From an uncultured Faecalibacterium sp. (lineage in GTDB: Bacteria > Bacillota > Clostridia > Oscillospirales > Ruminococcaceae), in contig UQGD01000003.1 of NCBI GenBank assembly GCA_900540455.1, forward strand, positions 28,325 through 92,324: a DNA stretch of 64,000 nucleotides, in the 5' to 3' direction. The position numbers and the translations under genes were made by a program. This document shows, in pieces, positions 29,048 through 38,681 of this stretch. The notes beneath the pieces were generated by a model, which was not told the DNA's origin, searched no databases, and saw only the letters and a program-made list of their open reading frames with translations. The stretch's first letter is position 1, and the number at the start of each line of letters is the position of its first letter.

Positions 29048-29854
29048 TCAACCCTTTCCCATTTCCTTCGTTTTATCAAATGCGGCGATCACAGCGTCCA
29101 TCACAGCGCCCCGCATCCCATGCTGTTCCAGCACACGCACACCCTGGATCGTGCTGCCGCCGGGGCTGCATACGGCATCCTTCAATGCACCGGGGTGGCT
29201 GCCGCTTTCCAGCACCATCTGGGCACTGCCCAGCACCATCTGAGCGGCATATTCCTGGGCTTTTGCCCGGGGCAGTCCGCAGGCCACGCCCCCGTCGGCC
29301 AGCGCCTCGATCATCTGATAGACCCAGGCCGGGCCGCAGCCGGACACACAGCTGGCTGCATCGATCAGATCCTCCGGCAGAGGGTCCAAACGGCCTGCGG
29401 GTGCCATGACCCGGCAGAATTCCGCCTGTTCGGCCTCGGTGATGCCTTCGGCACAATATTGGATCATACCGGCACCCACAGCGGCGGGAGTGTTGGGCAT
29501 GATGCGGATCACCGGCCAGTCCCCGCCGGCCATCTGCCGGATACGGGCGATGGAAAGCCCCGCTGCCATGGTGCACAGCACAAAGCGGTCCTGTCGTGCA
29601 GCAAATACTGGCTGCAAAGACTGCAAAAGCTGTTCCATCATTTGGGGCTTTACCGCCAGAAAAATCAGCTGGCAGTCCGCCGCGACCTGGCGGTTGTCTG
29701 CCGTGCGGCAGCCCAGCTGTGCGGCCAGGGCCTGTGCCTTGGCTGCGGTGCGGTTGGCCAGATAGACGCTGCTGGGGGCAGCAGCCCGGCAGACGGCCCG
29801 GGCGATGGCGCCGCCCATATTGCCGCAGCCCAGAAAACCGATCTGTTCAAACAT
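29048..29854 (-). CDS. proC: Pyrroline-5-carboxylate reductase
   Basis: A Rossmann GFLGCGNMGGAI N-terminus is present. Confidence 0.95.
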   Translation of the reverse strand: MFEQIGFLGCGNMGGAIARAVCRAAAPSSVYLANRTAAKAQALAAQLGCRTADNRQVAADCQLIFLAVKPQMMEQLLQSLQPVFAARQDRFVLCTMAAGLSIARIRQMAGGDWPVIRIMPNTPAAVGAGMIQYCAEGITEAEQAEFCRVMAPAGRLDPLPEDLIDAASCVSGCGPAWVYQMIEALADGGVACGLPRAKAQEYAAQMVLGSAQMVLESGSHPGALKDAVCSPGGSTIQGVRVLEQHGMRGAVMDAVIAAFDKTKEMGKG

Positions 29855-30025
29855 AGGCTTGGTTCCTCCCTCATAGCATGACCGGGGCGTTTTGCGCCCC
29901 GCTTGCGACTATTTAACCACAGTGGGGCATAAAATCCAAGAGGGAAGGGGGATTTTTGCACGGGTTTTTTGCCGGAGGGGCCGCTGGGTGCCGAAAAAAT
30001 TTTACAAAAAAGATCCTTTTTTCGC

Positions 30026-30054
30026 TTGATGCGGCAAAGAATGTGCGGTATCAT
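30026..30054 (+). promoter_or_regulatory. Sigma-70-type promoter (TTGATG-17-TATCAT) upstream of the TetR gene
   Basis: The hexamers and 17-nt spacer are seen directly. Confidence 0.45.
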
Positions 30055-30110
30055 GGAAAAAGAATCATGGCCAGCGGGAGCCGCGCCCCGCCCCGGAAAG
30101 GATGATATTT

Positions 30111-30698
30111 GTGGCTCAGACGACCAAGCGGGCATTGGAGGCCTCTCTTAAAAAACTGCTTCTCCATAAACCGCTGAATAAGATCACGATCAATGACATC
30201 ACGGAGGATTGTGGTGTCAATCGCATGACCTTTTACTATCACTTCAAGGATATTTACGACCTGGTGGACTGGGTGCTGGCCCGGGATGCCGCCAAGGTGA
30301 TGGAAGGGCACCGCACATTTGATACATGGCACGAAGCGTTCCTGAATATTATGATGGAAGTACAGCAAAACAAGACCCTGGTGCTGAACGTTTACCGCTC
30401 CATGAGCCGGGAACAGATCGAGGTCTACCTGTACCGTCTGCTGGACTCGATGCTGCAGGAGTTTGCTGCCCGGGCACGGCAGGGCATGGCTGTGCGCCCG
30501 GACGACCAGCAGTTCGTGGTGGATTTTTATAAGTACGCCCTGGTGGGCATCATGCTGGAATGGATACGCAAGGATATGAAGGAGGACCCCGCCCGCATCA
30601 CAGCTCAGCTGGACCGGATGATGCGGGGAGACCTGCGCCGGGCACTGAAGCGCTTTAGCACCGATGCCCCGATCGAGACCATCCAGGACGAAAATTAG
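30111..30698 (+). CDS. TetR/AcrR-family transcriptional regulator
   Basis: An HTH region, TKRALEASLKKLLLHKPLNKITINDITEDCGVNRMTFYYHF, is present. A GTG start at 30111 is preferred because the GGAAAGG RBS abuts the ATG at 30102. Confidence 0.85.
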   Translation: MAQTTKRALEASLKKLLLHKPLNKITINDITEDCGVNRMTFYYHFKDIYDLVDWVLARDAAKVMEGHRTFDTWHEAFLNIMMEVQQNKTLVLNVYRSMSREQIEVYLYRLLDSMLQEFAARARQGMAVRPDDQQFVVDFYKYALVGIMLEWIRKDMKEDPARITAQLDRMMRGDLRRALKRFSTDAPIETIQDEN

Positions 30699-30707
30699 AC
30701 AGAATCT

Positions 30708-30737
30708 GCGCCGTGATAGGTTTTCTATCACGGCGCT
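30708..30737. promoter_or_regulatory. Perfect 12-bp inverted repeat (GCGCCGTGATAG-6-CTATCACGGCGC): candidate TetR operator and/or tetR terminator, with a third TGATAG half-site 8 nt downstream
   Basis: The repeat is seen directly, between tetR and the radical SAM gene. Confidence 0.5.
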
Positions 30738-30870
30738 TTGTCTGATAGTGGCTGCCTGGCAGGGGCAGTGGTATGCTGTATCCATCGAAACCATGAAAAC
30801 CTTGCGATCATTCAGCTGGGTGGTCTGTGGCCGCGCAGCTGAAGTTTTATAACAAACGGAGGATTGACTC

Positions 30871-32280
30871 ATGAAGATCGAGATGCAGAGCCTGACCCAT
30901 AAAATGCAGCGGGCCGCTGTGGGCAAGCTGGTGGACGCTGTGCTGGCCCATGCTGCTTCTGACCGGGTGGGGACGGTGTCCCAGCTGGTGGATGTGGCAC
31001 AGCAGTTCTGGGGCGACAGCTATAGCCCGGAAGTGTACGACCAGGCGCGCGCCGCCCTGAGCGACCCGGAAGGGAAGTGGCCGAAGCTGATCGACTGTGT
31101 GCTGGGTCAGCTGGATCCCCATGTGGCCCGCACTACGGCCCTGAACCTGGGGTACGAAGCCTTCTTCCGGGGCACCAAAACCATCCGGGAAAACCGGGTC
31201 CGCTACCAGTGCAATATCCCCTGGCTGATCCTGTTTGACCCCACCTCGGCCTGCAATATGCACTGCACTGGCTGCTGGGCGGGCGAGTACGGCCATAAAA
31301 ACAACCTCTCGTTTGAGGATATGGATCGTATCGTGTCCCAGGGCAAGGAGCTGGGCGTCTACCTGTATATGCTTACCGGCGGCGAGCCCCTGGTGCGCAA
31401 GGCGGATGTGCTGCGCTTGGCAGAAAAGCACAACGACGTGCAGTTTGCTATCTACACCAATTCTACGCTGATCGACGATGCGTTCTGTGAAGAAGTCGCA
31501 CGCCTGGGCAATATCGCTTTCATGCTCTCCATCGAGGGCAGCCCGGAGACCAACGACGCCCGCCGCGGCAGCGGTCATTATACCGCCGTTATGGATGCTA
31601 TGGATCGTCTGCGTACCCACGGCATCCTGTTCGGCACCTCCATCTGCTATACCAGTGCCAACCTGGAGGCGGTCACCAGCGACCGGTTCCTGCGGATGCT
31701 GTCCGACAAGGGGGCACACTTTGGCTTCTACTTCCACTATATGCCGGTGGGCAATGATGCGGCGCCGGAGCTGCTGCCCACGCCGGAACAGCGCCGCTAC
31801 ATGATCCAGCGTATCCGCTATCTGCGCTCGGCAGAAAGCGATATTCCGTTCTTCCCCATGGACTTCCAGAACGATGGACAGTATGTAGGCGGCTGTATTG
31901 CAGGCGGCCGCAACTACTTCCATATCAATTCCGCCGGCGATGCAGAGCCGTGTGTGTTCATCCACTACTCGGACCGCAACATCCACAGCTCCAGCATCCT
32001 GGAGATCCTGCGCAGCCCGCTGTTCATGGCCTACCGGGACGGCCAGCCCTTCAACAAAAACCATCTGCGTCCCTGCCCCATGCTGGAAAACCCGGAAAAA
32101 CTGCGCTGCATGGTCCACGAGACCGGCGCACACAGCACCGACCTGCAATCTCCGGAGTCGGTAGATCATCTGTGCGACAAGTGCCAGAACTATGCCGATG
32201 CCTGGCAGAAGGCGGCAGATGAGATCTGGGACGCTCTGCCTCACCGGGAGGGCGGCTACCAGAATTACAAGACCCGGTAA
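30871..32280 (+). CDS. Radical SAM enzyme with a C-terminal SPASM/twitch-like domain and a ~120-aa N-terminal extension; substrate unknown
   Basis: The CNMHCTGC motif (Cx3Cx2C) is present. A SPASM-like signature, GGCIAGGRNYFHINSAGDAEPC, is followed by further Cys pairs, RPCP...LRCM and CDKC. An ACGGAGG RBS precedes the start. Confidence 0.75.
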   Translation: MKIEMQSLTHKMQRAAVGKLVDAVLAHAASDRVGTVSQLVDVAQQFWGDSYSPEVYDQARAALSDPEGKWPKLIDCVLGQLDPHVARTTALNLGYEAFFRGTKTIRENRVRYQCNIPWLILFDPTSACNMHCTGCWAGEYGHKNNLSFEDMDRIVSQGKELGVYLYMLTGGEPLVRKADVLRLAEKHNDVQFAIYTNSTLIDDAFCEEVARLGNIAFMLSIEGSPETNDARRGSGHYTAVMDAMDRLRTHGILFGTSICYTSANLEAVTSDRFLRMLSDKGAHFGFYFHYMPVGNDAAPELLPTPEQRRYMIQRIRYLRSAESDIPFFPMDFQNDGQYVGGCIAGGRNYFHINSAGDAEPCVFIHYSDRNIHSSSILEILRSPLFMAYRDGQPFNKNHLRPCPMLENPEKLRCMVHETGAHSTDLQSPESVDHLCDKCQNYADAWQKAADEIWDALPHREGGYQNYKTR

Positions 32281-32459
32281 CTCTTTTTGAAAAAAGACTT
32301 TCCCCCATGCTTGACAGAGGCTTTTGATCTGTCCTTCTTGTCCCTTTCAGAACAAAGCTCGCTTCCCTGACCGGAGGCGGGCTTTGTTCCATTTTTGCGC
32401 ATAGCCCCCCGCCCGGTGTGCATAGGGTAAGAGAAGAGGATGCAAAAGGGGGGCAAAGG

Positions 32460-34010
32460 ATGCGGCATGGATATCTGAAAAATGCGGCTCTGCTCACAGG
32501 GGCGGATGTGATGCTGCGGCTGGCAGGCATGGGACTGCGGATCTACCTGGCCAATGCCTTGGGCGGCGAGGGGATGGGTCTGTACCAGCTGGTGCTGGCG
32601 GTCTATTCTCTGTTTGTCACCCTGGCTACGGCAGGGGTCTCGGTGGCGGCGACCCGGCTGATGGCAGAGGAGCTGGGCCAAAACAGGGCGCAGGCCAGGG
32701 GGATGCTGGTGCGCCTGCTGGCAGCGGCTGCAGGGCTGGGCTGCATGGCCCTGGCAGGCCAGCTGGCTCTGGCGCAGGTCGCTGCACAGTGGTGGCTGGG
32801 GGATGTGCGGGCTGCGCCTGCACTGCGGGCCGCCGCATTTGGGATGCCGTGGATGGCGGTGTCCGCTGTGCTGCGGGGCTTTTTTGTGGCCCGGCGGCAG
32901 GTAAAACCCAATGTATGCAGTCAGCTGGTGGAGCAGACCGTGCGGATCAGTGCGGTGGTGCTGGGGCTGGGGTATACGGCAGGCGGCCCGCTGGAGGTTC
33001 GCTGTGCGGTGGTGATGGGCTGTACAGCGTTGAGCGAGGGCATCTCTGCGGGCATCATGCTGCTATTTTACCGGCGGGAGGTGCGCCGCTATTTTAAGGG
33101 CGCTGCCTGCCGTGCGCCCAGGCAGCCAGGCCGTCGCATCTGGGAGATCTTGTGGCCGGTAGGGGGCGGAAGGTGCCTTGCCAGCGCCTTGCATACAGCG
33201 GAAAATATGCTGGTGCCTGCCTGTCTGGGCGTATATCTAGCGGGGGCAGGGGGGCGCAGTGCAGCGGTGGCGCAGTACGGCAGCTTAAAAGGCATGGCGC
33301 TGCCGCTGCTGACCTTTCCCTTTGGGCTGCTGGGCAGTTTGTCGGTGCTGCTGATGCCAGAGATCACCCAGGCGCAGCTCCGGGGGGAGCAGGACCGCCT
33401 GGCTGCGCTGCTGGATCGGATGCTGCGGCTCACGGGGTATTTTTCCGCTTTGGCGGCGGCGCTGTTCTGGGTGTGGGGCGTGCCGCTGGCGCAGGGGCTG
33501 TATGGCAGCGGAGAAGCAGGTTTCTACCTGCGTGTCCTGGCCCCTGCCATGCCCTTGATGTACCTGGAAAGTATGGTGGATGGAGCCATGAAGGGACTGG
33601 GGGAGCAGAAGGCGGTGTTCCGTTACAGCGTGTGGGATTCCATCCTGCGCATTGCGGGGGTGGCGCTTCTGCTGCCCCGTTTTGGGATGAAAGGGTTCCT
33701 CTTTGTGATCCTGGTCTCCAGTCTTTATACCTGCGCAGCCAATACCGGACGGCTGCTCTCGGTGTGTGGTCTGCCGCTGCAATGGATGCGCTGGCTGGGG
33801 GCGCCTGCACTGTCGGGGCTGGCGGCGTCGGTTGCGGGGCTGTGGCTGCGCTGCCGCCTGGGACCTGTGCTGGCGCAGGGCAGGGCTGTCCAGCTGGCGG
33901 CATTGGCTCTGGGTGCTTTTGGCACAGCGCTGGCAGGGGCGGCAGCAGCATGGCCCCTGGGTCTGGGGGAGGAGATGCGTGCGGCGATGGGGCGCAAAAG
34001 CCCCGCCTGA
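32460..34010 (+). CDS. MOP-superfamily polysaccharide/lipid-II flippase (SpoVB/MurJ/Wzx-like)
   Basis: About 14 predicted TM helices are present. The N-terminus, LKNAALLTGADVMLRLAGMGLRIYLANALGGEGMGLYQLV, is typical of SpoVB-type proteins. Confidence 0.7.
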   Translation: MRHGYLKNAALLTGADVMLRLAGMGLRIYLANALGGEGMGLYQLVLAVYSLFVTLATAGVSVAATRLMAEELGQNRAQARGMLVRLLAAAAGLGCMALAGQLALAQVAAQWWLGDVRAAPALRAAAFGMPWMAVSAVLRGFFVARRQVKPNVCSQLVEQTVRISAVVLGLGYTAGGPLEVRCAVVMGCTALSEGISAGIMLLFYRREVRRYFKGAACRAPRQPGRRIWEILWPVGGGRCLASALHTAENMLVPACLGVYLAGAGGRSAAVAQYGSLKGMALPLLTFPFGLLGSLSVLLMPEITQAQLRGEQDRLAALLDRMLRLTGYFSALAAALFWVWGVPLAQGLYGSGEAGFYLRVLAPAMPLMYLESMVDGAMKGLGEQKAVFRYSVWDSILRIAGVALLLPRFGMKGFLFVILVSSLYTCAANTGRLLSVCGLPLQWMRWLGAPALSGLAASVAGLWLRCRLGPVLAQGRAVQLAALALGAFGTALAGAAAAWPLGLGEEMRAAMGRKSPA

Positions 34011-34178
34011 AACAGAAAAGCCACTGGGATGGGCAGCAGGCACAGGCTGTTTATTGAAAAAATCTTTGCAGCGCCGGCGGTTAAAATCAAAGCGTCTGGA
34101 CATGAGGCGACAGATTTAGTATAATACTATAGATTATAAAGGTGCGGTCTACCGTGCCGGATCAAAAGAGGCTAGTTT

Positions 34179-36068
34179 GTGAAAAAAGATAAAATAAAGA
34201 TCGTACTGCGCCGGCTGGTGCTGGTGCTGCTGGATGCTGCCATTGTGGCCTTCAGCTTTTATTTTGCGCTGCTGCTGCGTGCAGACGGCGCCGGGGATGC
34301 GGCCTGGTGGCCTCATAACCGGGACCTGCTGTACAGCAACCTGCCCTGGATCATTGTGCTGTACCTGGCTAGTTTTCTGGCAGGGGGGCTGTACTCTATC
34401 CTGTGGAAGTATGCCGGAGAGCGGGATCTGCTGCGTCTGGCCGGCATGATCGCCCTGCCCACGGTCGGGGTGTTTCTGGTCAACCGGCTGCTGATCCATG
34501 GTGTGCTGTTCAACTCGGCCAACTGTATGGCATCGGTGCTGATCTTTCTGCTTGTGGGCGGCAGCCGTCTGGCCTGGCGTCTGTTCCTGAACCATCCCCT
34601 GGGGGAGCGGATACGGGGCAGCGCCAATAAGGACCCCAACCGTCCGGTGATGATCGTGGGCGCAGGCGAAGCCGGTGCCTGGGCCATCAATGTGTGCAAG
34701 TCCAACCGCATCTACGGCCACCCCGTCGTAGCGGTGGACGACGACCCCATTAAGCTGAACCAGACGATCCACGGTGTGCCGGTCAAAGGCAAGCTGGAGC
34801 AGATCCCGGATCTGTGTGAGCGTTACAGCATCCACAGCATCATCATTGCCATCCCCACGCTGCGGGGCAGCCGCCTGAACCGTGTGATCGACCTGTGTAT
34901 GTCCACCCATTGTGCCGTGCAGATCCTCAGTGATCCGCAGCTGGTAGGGGCAGCCACCCCTCAGCAGGGGGCATTTCGTGAGGTGAATACAGCGGACTTC
35001 CTCTCCCGGGAGGAGGTCCGGCTGGATACCGCCAAGATCTCCCGCTACCTGACGGGCAAAACGGTGCTGGTCACAGGCGGCGGCGGCAGCATCGGCAGTG
35101 AGCTGTGCCGTCAGGTGATGCGTTTTTCCCCGGCACGACTGCTGATCTTTGACGTGTATGAGAACTGCGCGTATGACCTGCAGATGGAGCTGCAGCAGAA
35201 GTATGGCCGGGATGTGCCGGTAACGGTGCTGATCGGCTCTATCCGGGATAAAAAACGGCTGGATGAAGTGTTTGAGACCTACCATCCCACGGTGGTGTTC
35301 CATGCGGCGGCGCATAAGCATGTGCCTCTGATGGAGGTCAGCCCTGCCGAGGCGGTCAAAAACAACGTGTTCGGCACCAAAAATCTGCTCACCAGCGCCA
35401 GCGAGCATGGGGTGGAGCGGCTGGTGCAGCTGTCCACCGATAAGGCGGTCAACCCCACCAGCGTCATGGGCTGCACCAAGCGCCTGTGTGAGATGCTGAT
35501 CCAGACCTTTGCCCGCAACACAGATATGAAGTGTGTGGCGGTGCGGTTTGGCAACGTGCTGGGCAGCCACGGCAGCGTGATCCCGCTGTTTGAGTCTCAG
35601 ATCAAAAAAGGCGGGCCGGTCACCCTGACGGACCCCGGCATCGAGCGCTATTTTATGACCATCCCGGAGGCTGCGCAGCTGGTGCTGCAGGCGGGTGCGC
35701 TGGCAGAGAGCGGCAGCATCTATGTGCTGGATATGGGCGAGCCGGTCAAGATCATGGACCTGGCCCGGCAGCTGATCCGCTTCTATGGCTATGAGCCGGG
35801 CGTCAACATGGAGATCCAGATCGTGGGTCTGCGCCCCGGCGAAAAGCTCTATGAGGAGCTGATGATGGACGAGGAGCAGGATAAGATGCGCCGCACAGAG
35901 CATAACAAGATCTTTGTGGCGCCTCCCCGTAAGATCGACCTGGCAGTATTTTACGATCAGCTGAATCGCCTGGCGCAGGCGGCCGAGCACAACGACGAGG
36001 GCGTTGTGGAGCAGCTGGCAGAGATGATCCCCACCTTTACCCCGGTGCGGGACAACCTGAAACTGTAA
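34179..36068 (+). CDS. capD: Membrane-anchored NAD-dependent UDP-sugar 4,6-dehydratase (CapD/PglF/WbpM family)
   Basis: N-terminal TM helices are followed by VLVTGGGGSIGSELCRQ and a short-chain dehydrogenase core. The start is a GTG with an AGAGG RBS. Confidence 0.85.
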   Translation: MKKDKIKIVLRRLVLVLLDAAIVAFSFYFALLLRADGAGDAAWWPHNRDLLYSNLPWIIVLYLASFLAGGLYSILWKYAGERDLLRLAGMIALPTVGVFLVNRLLIHGVLFNSANCMASVLIFLLVGGSRLAWRLFLNHPLGERIRGSANKDPNRPVMIVGAGEAGAWAINVCKSNRIYGHPVVAVDDDPIKLNQTIHGVPVKGKLEQIPDLCERYSIHSIIIAIPTLRGSRLNRVIDLCMSTHCAVQILSDPQLVGAATPQQGAFREVNTADFLSREEVRLDTAKISRYLTGKTVLVTGGGGSIGSELCRQVMRFSPARLLIFDVYENCAYDLQMELQQKYGRDVPVTVLIGSIRDKKRLDEVFETYHPTVVFHAAAHKHVPLMEVSPAEAVKNNVFGTKNLLTSASEHGVERLVQLSTDKAVNPTSVMGCTKRLCEMLIQTFARNTDMKCVAVRFGNVLGSHGSVIPLFESQIKKGGPVTLTDPGIERYFMTIPEAAQLVLQAGALAESGSIYVLDMGEPVKIMDLARQLIRFYGYEPGVNMEIQIVGLRPGEKLYEELMMDEEQDKMRRTEHNKIFVAPPRKIDLAVFYDQLNRLAQAAEHNDEGVVEQLAEMIPTFTPVRDNLKL

Positions 36069-36125
36069 AAAGCATTGCATACCCACGGCGCAGCAGCCGT
36101 GTTTGAAAAGAGAGGGACGTATCGT

Positions 36126-37412
36126 ATGGAAAAGAAACCGTTTTTGACCGAGGAACAGGCGCAGCAGATCCTGCAGGATGTGCCCACGCCGTTCCATGTG
36201 TACGATGAAAAGGGCATCCGGGAAAATGTGCGCCGCATCAACAAGGCGTTCAGCTGGAACAAGGGCTTCAAAGAGTATTTTGCTGTCAAAGCGCTGCCTA
36301 ACCCCGTGATTTTGCAGATCCTCAAGGAGGAGGGCTGCGGCGTGGACTGCTCTTCCTTGACCGAGCTGATGCTCAGCGAGGCTTGCGGCTTTACGGGGGA
36401 GGAGATCATGTTCTCCTCTAACCAGACCCCGGTGGAAGATATGCAGAAGGCTTGTGAGCTGGGGGCATATATCAACCTGGACGACGCCACTATGGTGGGC
36501 TTTTTGGATCGTGTGGCCGGTGTGCCCCAGAGCATCTTCTGCCGCTACAACCCCGGCGGGACCTTCCAGCTGGGCGCCAGCGAGGAGGGTTTCCAGGTCA
36601 TGGACAAGCCCGGCGATGCCAAGTACGGCATGACCGAGCAGCAGCTGATCGACAGCTATAAGGAGCTGATGAAGAAGGGCGCCAAGGACTTTGGCATCCA
36701 TGCTTTCCTGGCCTCCAACACCATCTCGGATGCCTATTATCCGGAGCTGGCCGGCATCCTGTTTGAGCTGGCCGTTCGGGTGAAAAAGGCGACCGGTGCC
36801 CATATTGCGTATATCAACCTGTCCGGCGGCGTGGGCATCCCGTACCGCCCGGAGCAGACGGAGAACGATATCCTGGCCATCGGCGAGGGTGTGCGCCAGA
36901 AATTTGAGCAGATCCTGGTGCCTGCCGGGATGGGCGATGTGGCCATCTTCAGTGAGATGGGCCGTTTTACCACCGGTCCTTACGGTGCGCTGGTGGCGAC
37001 TGCCATCCACGAGAAGCATATCTATAAGGAGTATATCGGCCTGGATGCCTGCGCTGCCAACCTGATGCGCCCGGCTATGTATGGGGCATATCATCATATC
37101 ACGGTGCTGGGCAAGGAGGACGCCCCCTGCGACCATATGTACGATGTGGTGGGCGGTTTGTGTGAGAACAACGATAAGTTTGCCATCGACCGCATGCTGC
37201 CCCGGATCGATATCGGGGATCTTATCTACATCCACGATACCGGTGCCCATGGTTCGGCAATGGGGTATAACTACAACGGCAAGCTGCGTTCGGCCGAGGT
37301 GCTGCTGTGTGAGGATGGCTCGCATCGCTTGATCCGCCGTGCAGAGACCCCCCGGGACTACTTTGCGACCCTGGATTTTCTGCCTTTCATGAAGCCGCTG
37401 ACCGAGACCTGA
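36126..37412 (+). CDS. lysA: Diaminopimelate decarboxylase-family PLP enzyme (Orn/DAP/Arg decarboxylase family 2)
   Basis: The family motifs FAVKALPN, LSGGVGIPY and GGLCENNDKF are all present. Confidence 0.7.
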   Translation: MEKKPFLTEEQAQQILQDVPTPFHVYDEKGIRENVRRINKAFSWNKGFKEYFAVKALPNPVILQILKEEGCGVDCSSLTELMLSEACGFTGEEIMFSSNQTPVEDMQKACELGAYINLDDATMVGFLDRVAGVPQSIFCRYNPGGTFQLGASEEGFQVMDKPGDAKYGMTEQQLIDSYKELMKKGAKDFGIHAFLASNTISDAYYPELAGILFELAVRVKKATGAHIAYINLSGGVGIPYRPEQTENDILAIGEGVRQKFEQILVPAGMGDVAIFSEMGRFTTGPYGALVATAIHEKHIYKEYIGLDACAANLMRPAMYGAYHHITVLGKEDAPCDHMYDVVGGLCENNDKFAIDRMLPRIDIGDLIYIHDTGAHGSAMGYNYNGKLRSAEVLLCEDGSHRLIRRAETPRDYFATLDFLPFMKPLTET

Positions 37413-37444
37413 GCGGCCGGCGTATTTGAACAAAGAGGCGTGCT

Positions 37445-37840
37445 ATGTTTTTTGGTTTTCAGCTTACCTGCGGCTTGATGCTGGTTTTTTACGGCTATTC
37501 GGTGATGAGAAATCCCCGCATCTGGGGGGATCAGGGCCGCCGTGCCGTTAAGGAAGAAAACTTCCCGGAGTACTGCCGTCAGAATGGTCAGTTCTTCCTG
37601 AAAGCGGGGCTGGTGATGGCGCTTATCGGTGCGCTGGATGCACTGGTCACGCTGGATGGTGTGCTGTATGTGCTGCTGTATGTGTTTGGGCTGGCGTTTG
37701 CGTTTTACCCGCTGATGAATTGGTGCCGCACCAACGAGGGTTTCTCCTGGCCGTGGCCCCATGTGGAGAGCGAAAAGGCCCGGATCAAGCGCCTGCGCAA
37801 GGAGCAGGAGGAACAGCAGGACAACAGCCGTCAGGGCTGA
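37445..37840 (+). CDS. Hypothetical small membrane protein
   Basis: There are two or three predicted TM helices and a Lys/Glu-rich C-terminal tail. An AAAGAGG RBS precedes the start. Confidence 0.45.
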   Translation: MFFGFQLTCGLMLVFYGYSVMRNPRIWGDQGRRAVKEENFPEYCRQNGQFFLKAGLVMALIGALDALVTLDGVLYVLLYVFGLAFAFYPLMNWCRTNEGFSWPWPHVESEKARIKRLRKEQEEQQDNSRQG

Positions 37841-37863
37841 TCCCTGCCGAAAGGAGGGCGTCC

Positions 37864-38451
37864 ATGTATCCGTCCTGCAGTGAGGCCGAGTCTCTCCTTT
37901 ATGAGGCCGAAACCTGTAACCCAGGTCCCTGGGGAGACCACAGCCGCACAGCAGCCCACTGTGCCGCCTGCATTGCCCGCCAATGCGGACTGGACCCGGA
38001 GAAGGCATATGTGTTGGCGCTTTTGCACGATATTGGACGGCGTTTTGGCAAACGACATCTGGGCCATGTGGTGGATGGGTTTGTCTATATGACCCGGCTG
38101 GGCTGGGATGAGCCCGCCCGGGTCTGCCTGAGCCACTCCTTCCCGGATAAAAACCTGGATGATTATGTGGGCCGTCGGGATACGACTCCTGCTGAAACTG
38201 CACTGCTGGAGCGGGAGCTGGGACGGATGGAATACGATGTGTACGATTATCTGATCCAGCTCTGCGATGCGCTGGCCGGGGCAGAGGGCGTGCTGGAGAT
38301 CGAAGCCCGGATGGAGGATGTCCGCCGCCGCTACGGCGCCTACCCGCAGATGAAGTGGGATGCAAATCTTGCGCTGCTGCGCCGCTTTGAACAAGCCTGC
38401 GGCGGGCAAAGCATCTACGATGTGGTGGATAAGGCCCATTTTTACCCCTGA
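37864..38451 (+). CDS. HD-domain phosphohydrolase
   Basis: The H...HD motif, AAHCAACIARQ...LLHDIGR, is present. An AAAGGAGGG RBS precedes the start. Confidence 0.7.
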   Translation: MYPSCSEAESLLYEAETCNPGPWGDHSRTAAHCAACIARQCGLDPEKAYVLALLHDIGRRFGKRHLGHVVDGFVYMTRLGWDEPARVCLSHSFPDKNLDDYVGRRDTTPAETALLERELGRMEYDVYDYLIQLCDALAGAEGVLEIEARMEDVRRRYGAYPQMKWDANLALLRRFEQACGGQSIYDVVDKAHFYP

Positions 38452-38681
38452 CGGATATAACGCCGCCTGCCCGGCTTTTGCCGGAGCGCAGGCGGCGTTT
38501 TTCGTTCTGTCTGCGGGATAAAAGGCCGATTTTCCCCAAAAACTGGCCCAGAAACCTTGTCTTTTGCAAAAAATCAGGTACTATAATAGTATCACAGCCT
38601 GCGCCTTGTTACAGGCTGCTTTTATGGAGATCGTTTGAAAAATACGGTGCTCAAGCCGCAAAAAGGAGGGCGCAGCAGCTC

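Noticed and set aside
29855-30110. A possible T-box leader for the proC-proB-proA operon.
   Set aside because: The leader is only about 200 nt. It lacks a T-box consensus, AATTAGGGTGGTACCGCG-like, and lacks a specifier/antiterminator arrangement. A simple hairpin upstream of the RBS is all that is seen.
30767-30852. Two tiny ORFs, of 24 aa from a GTG and 19 aa from an ATG, upstream of the radical SAM gene as candidate RiPP precursor peptides.
   Set aside because: They are not called as features. Neither has a convincing Shine-Dalgarno sequence, and they overlap the TetR 3' end and the palindrome. They carry only one or two Cys. They are mentioned within the radical SAM finding as a speculative possibility only.
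34149-37433. A 1094-aa minus-strand ORF, plus similar very long antisense ORFs at 6915-9263, 9395-11287, 11115-12827, 13947-15653, 16899-18407, 17792-19558, 19525-21612, 21497-23443, 30847-32244, 41048-42718, 47989-49926 and 58249-59265.
   Set aside because: Each lies exactly opposite a well-supported conserved gene (capD/lysA, rluB, carboxyltransferase, priA, def-fmt-rsmB, rlmN-stp, prkC, the radical SAM gene, guaA, the ABC permeases, mrp). Their products are His/Gln/Gly/Arg-rich and low in complexity with no RBS. They are a known artefact of stop-codon-poor antisense frames in GC-rich coding DNA.
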